NCBI GenBank assembly: GCA_965200075.1
Contig: OZ241338.1
Location: 2,007,898 to 2,071,897, forward strand
Origin: Capsulimonadaceae bacterium
GTDB lineage: Bacteria > Armatimonadota > Armatimonadia > Armatimonadales > Capsulimonadaceae
DNA length: 64,000 nucleotides
Direction: 5' to 3'
Part shown: positions 8,319 to 17,143 of the stretch, piece after piece
Layout: each line of letters starts with the position of its first letter
Numbering within the stretch: the first letter of the stretch is position 1
Notes under the pieces: generated by a model
Told to the model about the DNA's origin: nothing
Databases searched by the model: none
What the model saw: only the letters and a program-made list of their open reading frames with translations
Translations under genes and position numbers: made by a program

Positions 8319-8775
8319 CACCGTGCCGCTACTGACGCGGGAAACGATTAATATAGAGGCTCTGAGCCGGGCCGTGGAAGGACCGGGAGCCGGGGCGGTG
8401 GTGACGTTTGCGGGCAATGTCCGGGACAATGCGCGGGGGCGGGACGTGCTGTACTTGGAGTACGAGGGCTACGAGCCGCTGGCGGAAAAAGAGCTGGCGG
8501 CGCTGGCCGCAGAGACCGAGCGGCGCTGGGACGTTAAATGCGCCGTGCAGCACCGGCTGGGGCGGCTGGAAATTGGCGAGTGCAGCGTCGGGGTTGCGGT
8601 GGCGTCTCCGCACCGGGGCGAGGCGTTTGAAGCGTGCCGGTGGCTGATGGACACGCTCAAAGAGACGGTCCCGATCTGGAAGCGGGAGTATTTTGTCGGC
8701 GGCGCCCACTGGGTCGAGGGCTACGGCACAGTTGCGATTGAACCCTCTGCGGAGAAGTTAGAAGCAGGACCATGA
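8308..8775 (+). CDS. moaE: Molybdopterin synthase catalytic subunit MoaE
   Basis: GAVVTFAGNVRDNARGRDVLYLEYEGYEPLAEKEL and ETVPIWKREYF. Confidence 0.9.
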   Translation: MMSDTVPLLTRETINIEALSRAVEGPGAGAVVTFAGNVRDNARGRDVLYLEYEGYEPLAEKELAALAAETERRWDVKCAVQHRLGRLEIGECSVGVAVASPHRGEAFEACRWLMDTLKETVPIWKREYFVGGAHWVEGYGTVAIEPSAEKLEAGP

Positions 8776-9341
8776 TCGACAGCACCACGGAGCGGCCCCT
8801 GTCCGAATTATCCGAAGAGGCCGCCCTCGAAGCAGCCCCGCCTGCCGTCCTTGTGCGCCGGATGCGGCTGGAAGACATTGAACACGTTTCGCGCCTGGAA
8901 CGCCGCTGCTATAGCCTGCCGTGGAGTTCAAGCGCCTACGTCACCGAAGTGGGCAACCCTTCGGCGTATTACATCGTGGCGACGCACACGAACAACACCG
9001 TGATTGGCTATGCCGGGATGTGGGTGGTCATGGACGAGCTGCATATCACGACCATTGCCGTGGACCCCAGCCAGCGCGGGCGGCGCGTCGGCGAGCGCCT
9101 GCTGCTGGATTTGACCGAGGAAGGCATCAAGCGCGGAGCCTCACGGGCAACCCTGGAAGTGCGCGAGCGCAACGCCGTGGCACGGCGGCTGTACGAAAAG
9201 TACGGCTTTGAGGATGTTGCCATCCGCAAGAATTATTACAGCGACAACGGCGAAAACGCAATTATTATGTGGGCCAATGACCTGACCCTGCCGCCCTATC
9301 AGGTCATGCTCGCAAACTTTAAATCTCAATTTGACACCTAA
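8772..9341 (+). CDS. rimI: GNAT N-acetyltransferase, RimI-like
   Basis: GNAT core (ITTIAVDPSQRGRRVGERLL, RRLYEKYGF). ATGA overlap with moaE. Confidence 0.75.
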   Translation: MIDSTTERPLSELSEEAALEAAPPAVLVRRMRLEDIEHVSRLERRCYSLPWSSSAYVTEVGNPSAYYIVATHTNNTVIGYAGMWVVMDELHITTIAVDPSQRGRRVGERLLLDLTEEGIKRGASRATLEVRERNAVARRLYEKYGFEDVAIRKNYYSDNGENAIIMWANDLTLPPYQVMLANFKSQFDT

Positions 9342-9367
9342 ACTTGGTTAGATAGCAGGACACGAAA

Positions 9368-9697
9368 ATGCCCCAGGGAATTGATCTTCTGCCCGCCGTT
9401 CGCCCCCAGGAACGGATTTATGACGCCCCCGATGAGACCACCGAGCGGACGCCGCCCGGACGGACCGGGCCGTACATGGTGATTTTGTACAACTGCGAGT
9501 GCCACACGTTTGAAGAGGTGGAAGAGCAGCTTCAAAAGGCGACCGGATGCACGCAGGAACGGGCCGAAGCGCACGCGCAGGAAGTCCATGAAAAAGGACG
9601 CTCCGTCGTGTTTTCCGGCTCGGAGGTGGAATGCGAGAAAGTCGCAAACATTCTGCGCCAAATCCGCCTGCAAGTGGAGACGGACCGCTCCGCGTGA
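9368..9697 (+). CDS. clpS: Clp protease adaptor ClpS family protein
   Basis: YMVILYNCECHTFEEVEEQL…AHAQEVHEKGRSVVFSGSEVECEKV fits the ClpS core fold pattern. Confidence 0.75.
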   Translation: MPQGIDLLPAVRPQERIYDAPDETTERTPPGRTGPYMVILYNCECHTFEEVEEQLQKATGCTQERAEAHAQEVHEKGRSVVFSGSEVECEKVANILRQIRLQVETDRSA

Positions 9698-10977
9698 ACC
9701 CGCTTCCCCCCACCCTGCCCGAACTCGTCACCGAAATCCCCGGCCCGCGCTCCCGCGCCCTGGCGAAAGACCTGCGCCGCGCCGAAAGCCCCAATGTCAC
9801 CTACCTGGCCCCGGATTTTCCGGTGTTCTGGGAGAGGGCTTCGGGCTGCCTCGTGTGGGATGCCGACGGCAACCGCTTCTTAGACGCCACATCTGCCTTT
9901 GGCGTCGCCTCGGTCGGCCACAGTCATCCCCGCGTTGTAGCCGCCGTTCACGCACAGGCGGACACGCTGCTGCACGGCATGGGCGATGTTCACCCGTCCG
10001 CCGTCAAAGTGCGCCTCTGCGAGCGTATCGCGTCTCTGGTTCCCCTGCCCGAAGCGCAGGTTATCTTAGGACTGAACGGCGGCGACGCCGTGGAAGCCGC
10101 GCTGAAAACCGCGATGCTGGCGACACATCGCCCCGGCGTGCTGGCCTTTGAAGGCGGCTACCACGGGCTGACTTACGGCGCTTTAGATGTAACTGCCCGC
10201 GCCGATTTCCGCACGCCGTTTCTGCCGCAGATGGGCGGCTTCACCACGCATCTGCCCTACGGCTGCCGTTTGGAGACGATTGAAGCGCACCTGCACGAAC
10301 ACAAGCCCGGCGCGGTGCTGGCCGAGCCGCTTCAGGGCCGGGGCGGCATTGTGGTTCCGCCGCCCGGCTGGCTGGCCGGGCTGCGTCAGCTTTGCACCGA
10401 GACCGAGACACTCCTGATATTGGACGAAATCTTCACCGGCTGGGGCCGCACAGGAACCCGGTTCGCGTGTGAGTTTGAGGGCGTTGTTCCCGATATTTTG
10501 TGCGTCGGCAAAGCGATGGGCGGCGGCCTGCCACTGTCGGCGTGCGTGGCCTCCAAACCGCTGATGGCCGCCTGGGGTGAATCCACCGGCGAGGCGCTGC
10601 ACACCAGCACATTTTTAGGCAGCCCGCTGTCCTGCGCGGCGGCACTGGCGGCGCTGGACGTCTTGGAAGAAGAGCATCTGGCCGCACGAGCCGCGCAAAT
10701 CGGGGCCATTTTTGCCGAAGGTCTGCGGGCCGTGCAGGCGGCGTTCCCGGACAAAATCGTAGAGGTGCGTGGGCGAGGCCTGATGCTGGGAATTGAGATG
10801 GCTTCGCCGGGCCTCGCTCTGCCGCTGGTCCCCGCCGCCCTGCGCCAGGGCCTGATTGTGCTGCCTGCGGGTGACGGGCGCGTGCTGGAGTTCGTGCCGC
10901 CGCTGGTGATTTCCAAAGAGCAGATAAACTGGTGCCTGGAGACGCTTTCGTTTCTGCTGGCAGAGCAAGATTTATGA
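9694..10977 (+). CDS. Class III PLP-dependent aminotransferase (acetylornithine/GABA-AT family)
   Basis: GGDAVEAALK, ILDEIFTGWGRTG and CVGKAMGGGLP (PLP lysine). The likely start is GTG 9694, overlapping the clpS stop (GTGA), rather than the listed 9631. Confidence 0.85.
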   Translation: MNPLPPTLPELVTEIPGPRSRALAKDLRRAESPNVTYLAPDFPVFWERASGCLVWDADGNRFLDATSAFGVASVGHSHPRVVAAVHAQADTLLHGMGDVHPSAVKVRLCERIASLVPLPEAQVILGLNGGDAVEAALKTAMLATHRPGVLAFEGGYHGLTYGALDVTARADFRTPFLPQMGGFTTHLPYGCRLETIEAHLHEHKPGAVLAEPLQGRGGIVVPPPGWLAGLRQLCTETETLLILDEIFTGWGRTGTRFACEFEGVVPDILCVGKAMGGGLPLSACVASKPLMAAWGESTGEALHTSTFLGSPLSCAAALAALDVLEEEHLAARAAQIGAIFAEGLRAVQAAFPDKIVEVRGRGLMLGIEMASPGLALPLVPAALRQGLIVLPAGDGRVLEFVPPLVISKEQINWCLETLSFLLAEQDL

Positions 10978-12020
10978 ATACGCCTCTCATTATCGACGGC
11001 TCGCACGGCGAAGGCGGCGGGCAGACCCTGCGGACAAGCCTGACGCTCTCTGCGCTCACGGGCCGCGCCGTCACGCTCACCCGCATCCGGGCAGGCCGTG
11101 ACAAGCCGGGGCTGAAAGCGCAGCACCTCGCCGCCGTCCGGGCGGCGGCGGCAGTCTGCGCGGCAGACACCGAAGGCGCAGAGCTTGGCTCGACGCAGCT
11201 CTCGTTTCTCCCAAATGCACCCGTGGCAAGCGGCGTGTACCACTTTGACATCGGGACAGCGGGCGCAGCCACGCTGGTGATGCAAACGCTTCTGCCCCTG
11301 CTCGCCCTCGCCGACGGCCCTTCCCGCATGACGGTCACGGGCGGCACGCACGTCTCGTTTGCGCCTCCGGCGGAGCATTTGACCGAAGTGTTTCTGCCGC
11401 TTGTCGCCGCGCACGGCTTGGACGCCGAGATAACACCCGCGACGGTCGGCTTCCTGCCACGCGGCGGCGGGACGCTCACGCTGACCACGCCGGGCGGGTC
11501 GTGCCTGCGGCCTTTCACGCTGACCGAGCGCGGGTCAATCCAAGCCGTTACTGCCCATATCTTAACATCCGGCCTGCCCGCCGAAGTTGGCAAACGCGGC
11601 GCGGCGGCAGTGGAAACGGCCCTGCGCGGCCTGCCGCTGACGGTGTCCGTGCGCGACGTCCCTTCGCCCGGCACAGGGGCAGCCGTTGTCATCATCGCCG
11701 AGTGCGAGGGCAGCCGGGCCGGGTTTTCGGCGCTGGGGCAGCGGGGCCGTCCGATGGAGGCCGTCGCCGGAGAAGCCTGCGGGGCGCTCAAAGAGTGGCA
11801 GACCACGGGGGCTGCCTGCGAGGAGCATCTGGCAGATCAGCTTGTCCTGCTCGCCGCCCTGACGCCGGGCACGAGCCGGTGGACTACGGCGCGGGTGACG
11901 GACCATCTGCGGACGGTGCTGTGGGTCGTGCCGCAATTTTTAGATGTGGAAATCGCGCTGAACGAACGCGGCGACGGCACGGGCGAAGTGACGGTCACGG
12001 GGATAGGACACGGCGTATGA
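10974..12020 (+). CDS. rtcA: RNA 3'-terminal phosphate cyclase RtcA
   Basis: IDGSHGEGGGQTLRTSLTLSALTGRAVTLTRIRAGRDKPGLKAQH. ATG 10974 overlaps the upstream stop (ATGA). Confidence 0.9.
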   Translation: MNTPLIIDGSHGEGGGQTLRTSLTLSALTGRAVTLTRIRAGRDKPGLKAQHLAAVRAAAAVCAADTEGAELGSTQLSFLPNAPVASGVYHFDIGTAGAATLVMQTLLPLLALADGPSRMTVTGGTHVSFAPPAEHLTEVFLPLVAAHGLDAEITPATVGFLPRGGGTLTLTTPGGSCLRPFTLTERGSIQAVTAHILTSGLPAEVGKRGAAAVETALRGLPLTVSVRDVPSPGTGAAVVIIAECEGSRAGFSALGQRGRPMEAVAGEACGALKEWQTTGAACEEHLADQLVLLAALTPGTSRWTTARVTDHLRTVLWVVPQFLDVEIALNERGDGTGEVTVTGIGHGV

Positions 12021-14104
12021 AACAGTGGGTAAGACTGGCCGCTCTGCTGGGAGCGGGCATTTTCGGGACGGCGGCAGGGGCACGGGCGGATGAGGGAATG
12101 TGGCTGTATAACGATTTGCCCACGGCTCAAATCCAGCAGAAGTATGGGGTGACGCTCACCCCCGCCTGGGCGGAGCATCTGCAAAAAGCCTCAGTGGAGT
12201 TTATCGGCATCGCCTCCGGCTCCTTCATCTCGGCGGATGGGCTGGTGATGACAAACCATCATGTCGGGCTGGACACTCTGCAAGCTCTGAGCGATGCCAA
12301 ACACAATTACGCACGGGACGGCTTTTATGCCCGCACCCGTGCCGAAGAGCGTCCCGCGCCTGACCTGGAGCTGGACACTTTGGACAGCATCGTGCCCGTG
12401 ACCGACCGCGTGCAGGCCGCAGTCACCCCCGCGATGACGCCCGCGCAGGCCCTGCTCGCCCGCCGCGCCGTGATTGCCGCGATTGAAAAAGAGGCGCAGG
12501 ACAAGACCGGCCTGCGGAGCCGGGTCGTGACGCTCTTCGGCGGCGCACGCTACGACCTGTACCGCTACAAACGCTACACCGATGTCCGGCTGGTCATGGC
12601 CCCCGAGCAGAACATGGCCTTTTTTGGCGGCGACCCGGACAACTTTGAGTATCCGCGCTATGATCTGGATATGTGCTTTTTCCGGGTCTACGAAAACGGC
12701 AAGCCCGCGAACATCAAAGACTATCTGCATTGGAGCCGCGAGGGCGTGCAGGCGGGAGAGCCGGTCTTCGTGTCCGGCCATCCCGGCCACACCGCCCGTC
12801 TGGACACCGTGGCCGATCTGGCGCTGGACCGGGACGTGCTTTTGCCCCAGGCGCTGAATTATCTGCGCCGCCGCGAAGTGCTGCTGTCGTCGTGGGGAGC
12901 GCGTCTGCCGGAAAACGCCCGCGTCTCCAAAGAGGCTCTGTTTGGCACGCAAAATGCCCGCAAGTCGCTGACGGGGGCGCTGCAAAGCTTGCAGGACCCA
13001 GCAGTGATTGCCGCAATACAGACCCGGCAGGACGCGCTGCAAGCAAAGGTTGCCGCCGACCCGGCGCTGCAAGCTGCCTACGGCACGGCCTGGGCACAAA
13101 TTGATTCTGCTGACACTGCCCAGAGAAGCCTGCAAAAACAGTATGGGATATTCGGCGGACGCGGCTTGCAGTCAGAGCTGTTTGGGATTGCCCTGACACT
13201 GGTGCGTCTGGCCGAGGAGCGCGGCAAGCCAAATGGGGAGCGTCTGCCAGGGTTCAGCGATGCCAACCGGGCGCTACTGGAACGCGGCCTGTTTTCGCCT
13301 GCGCCGATTTCGCCCGCGCTGGAGCGGGTCACACTGGCCGATTCGCTGGCGCAGATGGAGGAAACGCTGGGTGTCAACGAACCCCTCACCGCGTCCGCGC
13401 TGGCCGGGCAGTCTCCGCAGGCACGCGCTTTGGCGCTGGTCAGCGGTACCACACTGGCGAATGTCGCCGAGCGCCGCCGCCTCGCAGACGGCGGCCTGCC
13501 CGCCATTCAGGCATCCACGGACCCGATGATCCGCCTCGCGCTGGCACTGGACCCGACCCTGCGGCAAATACGCACGCAGCGCGAGCAAAGCGTGGACAGT
13601 GTGCAGGAAGAAGCCTATGCCAAAATTGCCCGTGCCCAGCTAGCCGCCGGTCTGCCGGGTCTGTATCCCGATGCGACCGGGACTCTGCGGCTGGCGTATG
13701 GGACCGTGAAAGGCTACACGCAGGACGGCGCGGCTATTGCGCCGATGACGACGATGGGCGGCATTTACCCTTATGCTGCCGCCCATGACAATGCCCCGCC
13801 CTATCAGCTTTCCCCGTCGTGGGTCGCGGCCAAAGCGAAGATTGCGCCGAACACGCCCTATGACTTTGTCTGCGATGCGGATATTGTCGGCGGCAATTCC
13901 GGCAGCCCGGTGGTCAACCGGAACAACGAAGTGGTGGGCCTGATCTTCGACGGCAATATCCAATCGCTGTCTGCGGACTACTATTTCGACGACGCGCAGA
14001 ACCGGGCCGTTGCCGTCTCCTCGCAGGCGATTGTGGAAGCCCTGCGCCATGTCTACGGCGACACCGCCCTCGCCGATGAGATCGTCACCGGCCACGCGAA
14101 ATAA
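12017..14104 (+). CDS. Secreted S46 family serine peptidase (DPP7/DPP11-like)
   Basis: Signal peptide then ADEGMWL. Catalytic His in MTNHHV and Ser in GGNSGSPVVN. The listed ORF from 11501 is an artefactual N-terminal extension. ATGA overlap with rtcA. Confidence 0.85.
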   Translation: MKQWVRLAALLGAGIFGTAAGARADEGMWLYNDLPTAQIQQKYGVTLTPAWAEHLQKASVEFIGIASGSFISADGLVMTNHHVGLDTLQALSDAKHNYARDGFYARTRAEERPAPDLELDTLDSIVPVTDRVQAAVTPAMTPAQALLARRAVIAAIEKEAQDKTGLRSRVVTLFGGARYDLYRYKRYTDVRLVMAPEQNMAFFGGDPDNFEYPRYDLDMCFFRVYENGKPANIKDYLHWSREGVQAGEPVFVSGHPGHTARLDTVADLALDRDVLLPQALNYLRRREVLLSSWGARLPENARVSKEALFGTQNARKSLTGALQSLQDPAVIAAIQTRQDALQAKVAADPALQAAYGTAWAQIDSADTAQRSLQKQYGIFGGRGLQSELFGIALTLVRLAEERGKPNGERLPGFSDANRALLERGLFSPAPISPALERVTLADSLAQMEETLGVNEPLTASALAGQSPQARALALVSGTTLANVAERRRLADGGLPAIQASTDPMIRLALALDPTLRQIRTQREQSVDSVQEEAYAKIARAQLAAGLPGLYPDATGTLRLAYGTVKGYTQDGAAIAPMTTMGGIYPYAAAHDNAPPYQLSPSWVAAKAKIAPNTPYDFVCDADIVGGNSGSPVVNRNNEVVGLIFDGNIQSLSADYYFDDAQNRAVAVSSQAIVEALRHVYGDTALADEIVTGHAK

Positions 14105-14121
14105 AAAGAAATCAGCAAAAA

Positions 14122-14150
14122 AGCCGCCGAAGATTTAATCTTCGGCGGCT
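14122..14150. terminator. Bidirectional rho-independent terminator
   Basis: agccgccgaaga-tttaa-tcttcggcggct, flanked by an A-run upstream and TTCGTTT downstream. It lies between the peptidase stop and the convergent tRNA-Lys. Confidence 0.7.
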
Positions 14151-14160
14151 TTCGTTTGCC

Positions 14161-14234
14161 TGCCCCCAGTAGGACTCGAACCTACGACACTCCACTTAAG
14201 AGGCGGATGCTCTAACCAACTGAGCTATGGAGGC
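14161..14234 (-). tRNA. tRNA-Lys (anticodon CTT)
   Basis: The reverse complement GCCTCCATAGCTCAGTTGGTTAGAGCATCCGCCTCTTAAGTGGAG…TTCGAGTCCTACTGGGGGCA folds as a cloverleaf with anticodon loop CT-CTT-AA. No encoded CCA. Confidence 0.95.
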
Positions 14235-14264
14235 ATTAGCATTAGTAACGCTGTGTGCGACGGT

Positions 14265-14293
14265 ATTATACCCGCTCCCGCTGTGTGATGCAA
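14265..14293 (-). promoter_or_regulatory. Sigma-70-type promoter for tRNA-Lys
   Basis: Minus strand TTGCAT (14288-14293), 17-nt spacer, TATAAT (14265-14270), about 30 nt upstream of the tRNA 5' end. Confidence 0.55.
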
Positions 14294-14351
14294 TCCCCCG
14301 CCGCACGAGTTCACAAAAAATATTCGTGGGCCGCTTTTTTGACCGCAAGGC

Positions 14352-14380
14352 TTGACTTTTTTCGGCTTTGCCCGTATAAT
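14352..14380 (+). promoter_or_regulatory. Sigma-70-type promoter for the tRNA-Gly/tRNA-Arg pair
   Basis: TTGACT (14352-14357), 17-nt spacer, TATAAT (14375-14380), 9 nt before the tRNA-Gly 5' end. Confidence 0.7.
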
Positions 14381-14389
14381 TGTTTTGTT

Positions 14390-14460
14390 GCGGGGCTAGT
14401 TTAGTGGTAAAACCCCAGTTTTCCAAACTGATGTTAGGAGTTCGATTCTCCTGCCCCGCT
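14390..14460 (+). tRNA. tRNA-Gly (anticodon TCC)
   Basis: GCGGGGCTAGTTTAGTGGTAAAACCCCAGTTTTCCAAACTGATGTTAGGAGTTCGATTCTCCTGCCCCGCT, with anticodon loop TT-TCC-AA. Confidence 0.9.
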
Positions 14461-14501
14461 CTTTTCTCTTTTCTCCTCCCACTCCTCCTTCCGAACCCCC
14501 T

Positions 14502-14575
14502 GCCCCTGTAGCTCAGCGGATCAGAGCATGGAGCTTCTACCTCCAGTGTCGGGAGTTCGATTCTCTCCAGGGGCG
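14502..14575 (+). tRNA. tRNA-Arg (anticodon TCT)
   Basis: GCCCCTGTAGCTCAGCGGATCAGAGCATGGAGCTTCTACCTCCAGTGTCGGGAGTTCGATTCTCTCCAGGGGCG, with anticodon loop CT-TCT-AC. A T-run follows. Confidence 0.95.
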
Positions 14576-14660
14576 TTTTTTCTTTACTTATTTCTTTACT
14601 TCTGATAATCCCTGTTTTATTGCGTGTTTTGGCATACATTGTGCAAGAGAGTGACAGCAA

Positions 14661-15242
14661 ATGTCACAGGAATTATTCTCACATTGGCCTGACGACCCCG
14701 CCCTGCCCCCAACCCCTGCCGAGGAGCGCGAACGGATGGAGGCTTTGCGCCGGTACGGAGCCTTTGGCCTCATCCGGTCAGCGGCGTTTGACGACATTGC
14801 TCGTCTCGCCGCCTTTATCTGCGAAACCCCCATCGCCCTCATCAGTTTGATTGACAGCAACCGGCAGTGGTTCCTGTCCAAAACCGGCATTGACGCCTGC
14901 GAAACCTCCCGCGATGCGTCATTCTGCGCCCATGCCCTCGTTGGAACCGATATGCTGATTGTTGAAGATGCGCTTCAGGATGCCCGCTTTGCTCACAATG
15001 CGATGGTGGTCGGTGAGCCGTTCGTGCGCTTCTACACGGGCGCTCCGCTGCTGACGCAGGACGGCTACGCCCTCGGAACGCTCTGCGTGATTGACCGCGT
15101 TCCGCGTACCCTCACCCCGACCCAGCAAAAGGCACTGCTGTCCCTCAGCCGCCTCGCCGTCAGTCAGCTTGAATCCACACGCATGAAACGCGAGCTTCGC
15201 ACCCTCAAACAGTCGTTTGGCCCGCGCCCTGCCCCGCGCTGA
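14661..15242 (+). CDS. GAF domain-containing protein
   Basis: Typical stand-alone GAF pattern (ERERMEALRRYG…FDDIARLAAFICETPIALISLID…QWFLSKTG…FCAHAL…FYTGAPLLTQDGYALGTLCVID). Confidence 0.8.
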   Translation: MSQELFSHWPDDPALPPTPAEERERMEALRRYGAFGLIRSAAFDDIARLAAFICETPIALISLIDSNRQWFLSKTGIDACETSRDASFCAHALVGTDMLIVEDALQDARFAHNAMVVGEPFVRFYTGAPLLTQDGYALGTLCVIDRVPRTLTPTQQKALLSLSRLAVSQLESTRMKRELRTLKQSFGPRPAPR

Positions 15243-15282
15243 ACGAAAAAGAACGAAAAAAGAAAGTTTTACAGAAAGTTTA

Positions 15283-15600
15283 ATGACACCCACCACGCTG
15301 CACCACGCCGTCTATTTCTGGCTTCAAAATGGCGGCACGCCGGACGATACTCAAACAATCATTCATGCCTGTCAGACGTATCTGCCGGAAATCCCTGGCA
15401 TCCTGCGCCTTGTCGTCGGCACCCCTGCGGGCACCGATGGACCACCGGTGGAAAAGACTTACGCCGTGGCGCTCTTGATTGACTTTGTCGACAAAGCCGC
15501 CCATGATGCCTACGATGTCCATCCCAATCATCAGCGGTTCGTCGCCGAGTGCGGCCCATTGTTTGGCCGCGTTCAAGTGTTTGATGTCGTCGGTGTCTGA
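15283..15600 (+). CDS. Dabb (stress-responsive alpha/beta-barrel) family protein
   Basis: In-frame ATG at 15283. LHHAVYFWLQ…VVGTPAG…YAVALLIDFVDKAAHDAYDVHPNHQRF fits the Dabb domain. Confidence 0.7.
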   Translation: MTPTTLHHAVYFWLQNGGTPDDTQTIIHACQTYLPEIPGILRLVVGTPAGTDGPPVEKTYAVALLIDFVDKAAHDAYDVHPNHQRFVAECGPLFGRVQVFDVVGV

Positions 15601-15649
15601 ATATAACCGCCCCGGCTGCCACGAGAGCAGCAGGGCAGTTTTTTGAACA

Positions 15650-15681
15650 ACAACTGACAAATGTTATATTTTGTCAGTTGT
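15650..15681. promoter_or_regulatory. Perfect 12-bp inverted repeat, candidate TetR operator
   Basis: acaactgacaaa-tgttatat-tttgtcagttgt, ending 18 nt upstream of the TetR ATG. Confidence 0.6.
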
Positions 15682-15698
15682 CCGGGTATAGTGGGTCT

Positions 15699-16316
15699 AT
15701 GAGCGAACCGCTGACACGCGACAGGATACTGGAGGCAGCGGAAGACGTCCTGCGTCGCTACGGGCCAGGCAAGGCGACCGTGCTGGACGTAGCGCGGGCG
15801 CTGAACGTCAGCCACGGCAGCGTCTACCGGCATTTTGCCGACAAAGCCGCCCTGCGCGATGCCGTCGTGCAGCGGTGGCTGGCGGGAATAGACGGGCCGC
15901 TGGAAGCGATTGCCGCCGAAGATGGCCCCGCCCCCGAGCGCCTAGGCCGCTGGCTGCGCGAGCTGTCGCTGATGAAGCGCCAGCGCCTGCGCGACGACCC
16001 GGAGTTTTTCGCCGCCTATGTCGTCCTGGCCGCCGATGCCCGTGCCGTCACGGAGCGGCACGTCGCTCGTCTGCTCGCTCTGGTGACAGCGATGATCCGC
16101 GACGGCATGGCACGCGGCGAGTTTGATGCTCCTGACGCAGAAGCTGCGGCACGGGGCGTCCTGCTGGCAATGGCTCACTTCCACCACCCCGCCCACGCCG
16201 CCGAATGGACACGCATGGACAAAGACATCGACGCCTATTTTGACGATGTCTGGACGATTGTCCGGCGCGGCCTCAGCCCTTCCCCGACACAGAAAGCACA
16301 CGGAGCCACACAATGA
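15699..16316 (+). CDS. TetR/AcrR family transcriptional regulator
   Basis: N-terminal HTH (RILEAAEDVLRRYGPGKATVLDVARALNVSHGSVYRHFADK). An ATG at 15699 is preferred over the listed TTG at 15678. Confidence 0.85.
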   Translation: MSEPLTRDRILEAAEDVLRRYGPGKATVLDVARALNVSHGSVYRHFADKAALRDAVVQRWLAGIDGPLEAIAAEDGPAPERLGRWLRELSLMKRQRLRDDPEFFAAYVVLAADARAVTERHVARLLALVTAMIRDGMARGEFDAPDAEAAARGVLLAMAHFHHPAHAAEWTRMDKDIDAYFDDVWTIVRRGLSPSPTQKAHGATQ

Positions 16317-17110
16317 AACTGACCGACAACACTCTTTTAATCACTGGCGGCAATTCCGGCATTGGCCGGGCGATGGCCGAAGCGTTTCACAAGCGCGGCA
16401 ATAAAGTCATCATTGCCGGGCGCACCCAGAAAACGCTGGACGAAGTGACCGAAGCAAACCCCGGCATCGAATCGCTGCGCCTGGACATTGGCGATGCGGG
16501 CAGCATCAAAGCGTTCGCTGCCACGCTGACCGAGAAATACCCCGCGCTGAATGCCGTTATCCATATGGCAGGCATCATGCAGAACGAGTACCTGCAAAAC
16601 CCGACAGCCGCGCTGGAAGTCGCCGAAGCCACGGTTGCCACCAATCTGCTTGGCCCAATCCGCCTGACGGAAGCCTTGCTCCCCGCGCTGCTGAAACAGC
16701 CTGCCGCCGCCATTTTGACCGTCTCCTCGGGCCTGGCCTACGTGCCGCTGTTTATGACGCCCACGTATTGCGCCACCAAAGCCGCCGTCCATTCCTACAC
16801 CCAGTCCCTGCGCTTCCAGCTCAAAGACACTTCGGTCCAGGTGATTGAGCTGATCCCGCCCTATGTCCAGACTTCGCTGATGGGTGAGCGCCAATCTGAA
16901 GACCCCAACGCCATGCCGCTGGCCGACTACGTCTCCGAAACCATGCACCTTTTGGAAACCCAGCCCGACGCCGCCGAAATTTTAGTGGAGCGCGTCAAGA
17001 TGCAGCGGTTCGCCGAGCGCGAAGGCAAGTACGATGCTTTCTACAGCCAGTTCAATAGCACAATGGCAAAAGCGCGGCACGAAGAGTGGGAGAGGCTGGC
17101 GAAGAAGTAA
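16313..17110 (+). CDS. SDR family oxidoreductase
   Basis: LITGGNSGIGRAMA (TGxxxGxG) and YCATKAA (YxxxK). ATGA overlap with the TetR gene. Confidence 0.9.
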   Translation: MKLTDNTLLITGGNSGIGRAMAEAFHKRGNKVIIAGRTQKTLDEVTEANPGIESLRLDIGDAGSIKAFAATLTEKYPALNAVIHMAGIMQNEYLQNPTAALEVAEATVATNLLGPIRLTEALLPALLKQPAAAILTVSSGLAYVPLFMTPTYCATKAAVHSYTQSLRFQLKDTSVQVIELIPPYVQTSLMGERQSEDPNAMPLADYVSETMHLLETQPDAAEILVERVKMQRFAEREGKYDAFYSQFNSTMAKARHEEWERLAKK

Positions 17111-17143
17111 GTGGAACAAAAACCTGCCTGCAACATCAAATTT

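Noticed and set aside
11501-12016. N-terminal 172-aa extension of the S46 peptidase ORF.
   Set aside because: It overlaps rtcA in another frame and is Arg/Gly-rich. The internal ATG at 12017 gives a proper signal peptide followed by the family-typical DEGMWL.
14196-14660. 154-aa minus-strand ORF, and 14588..14890.
   Set aside because: They read through three tRNA genes and their promoters, so they are not coding.
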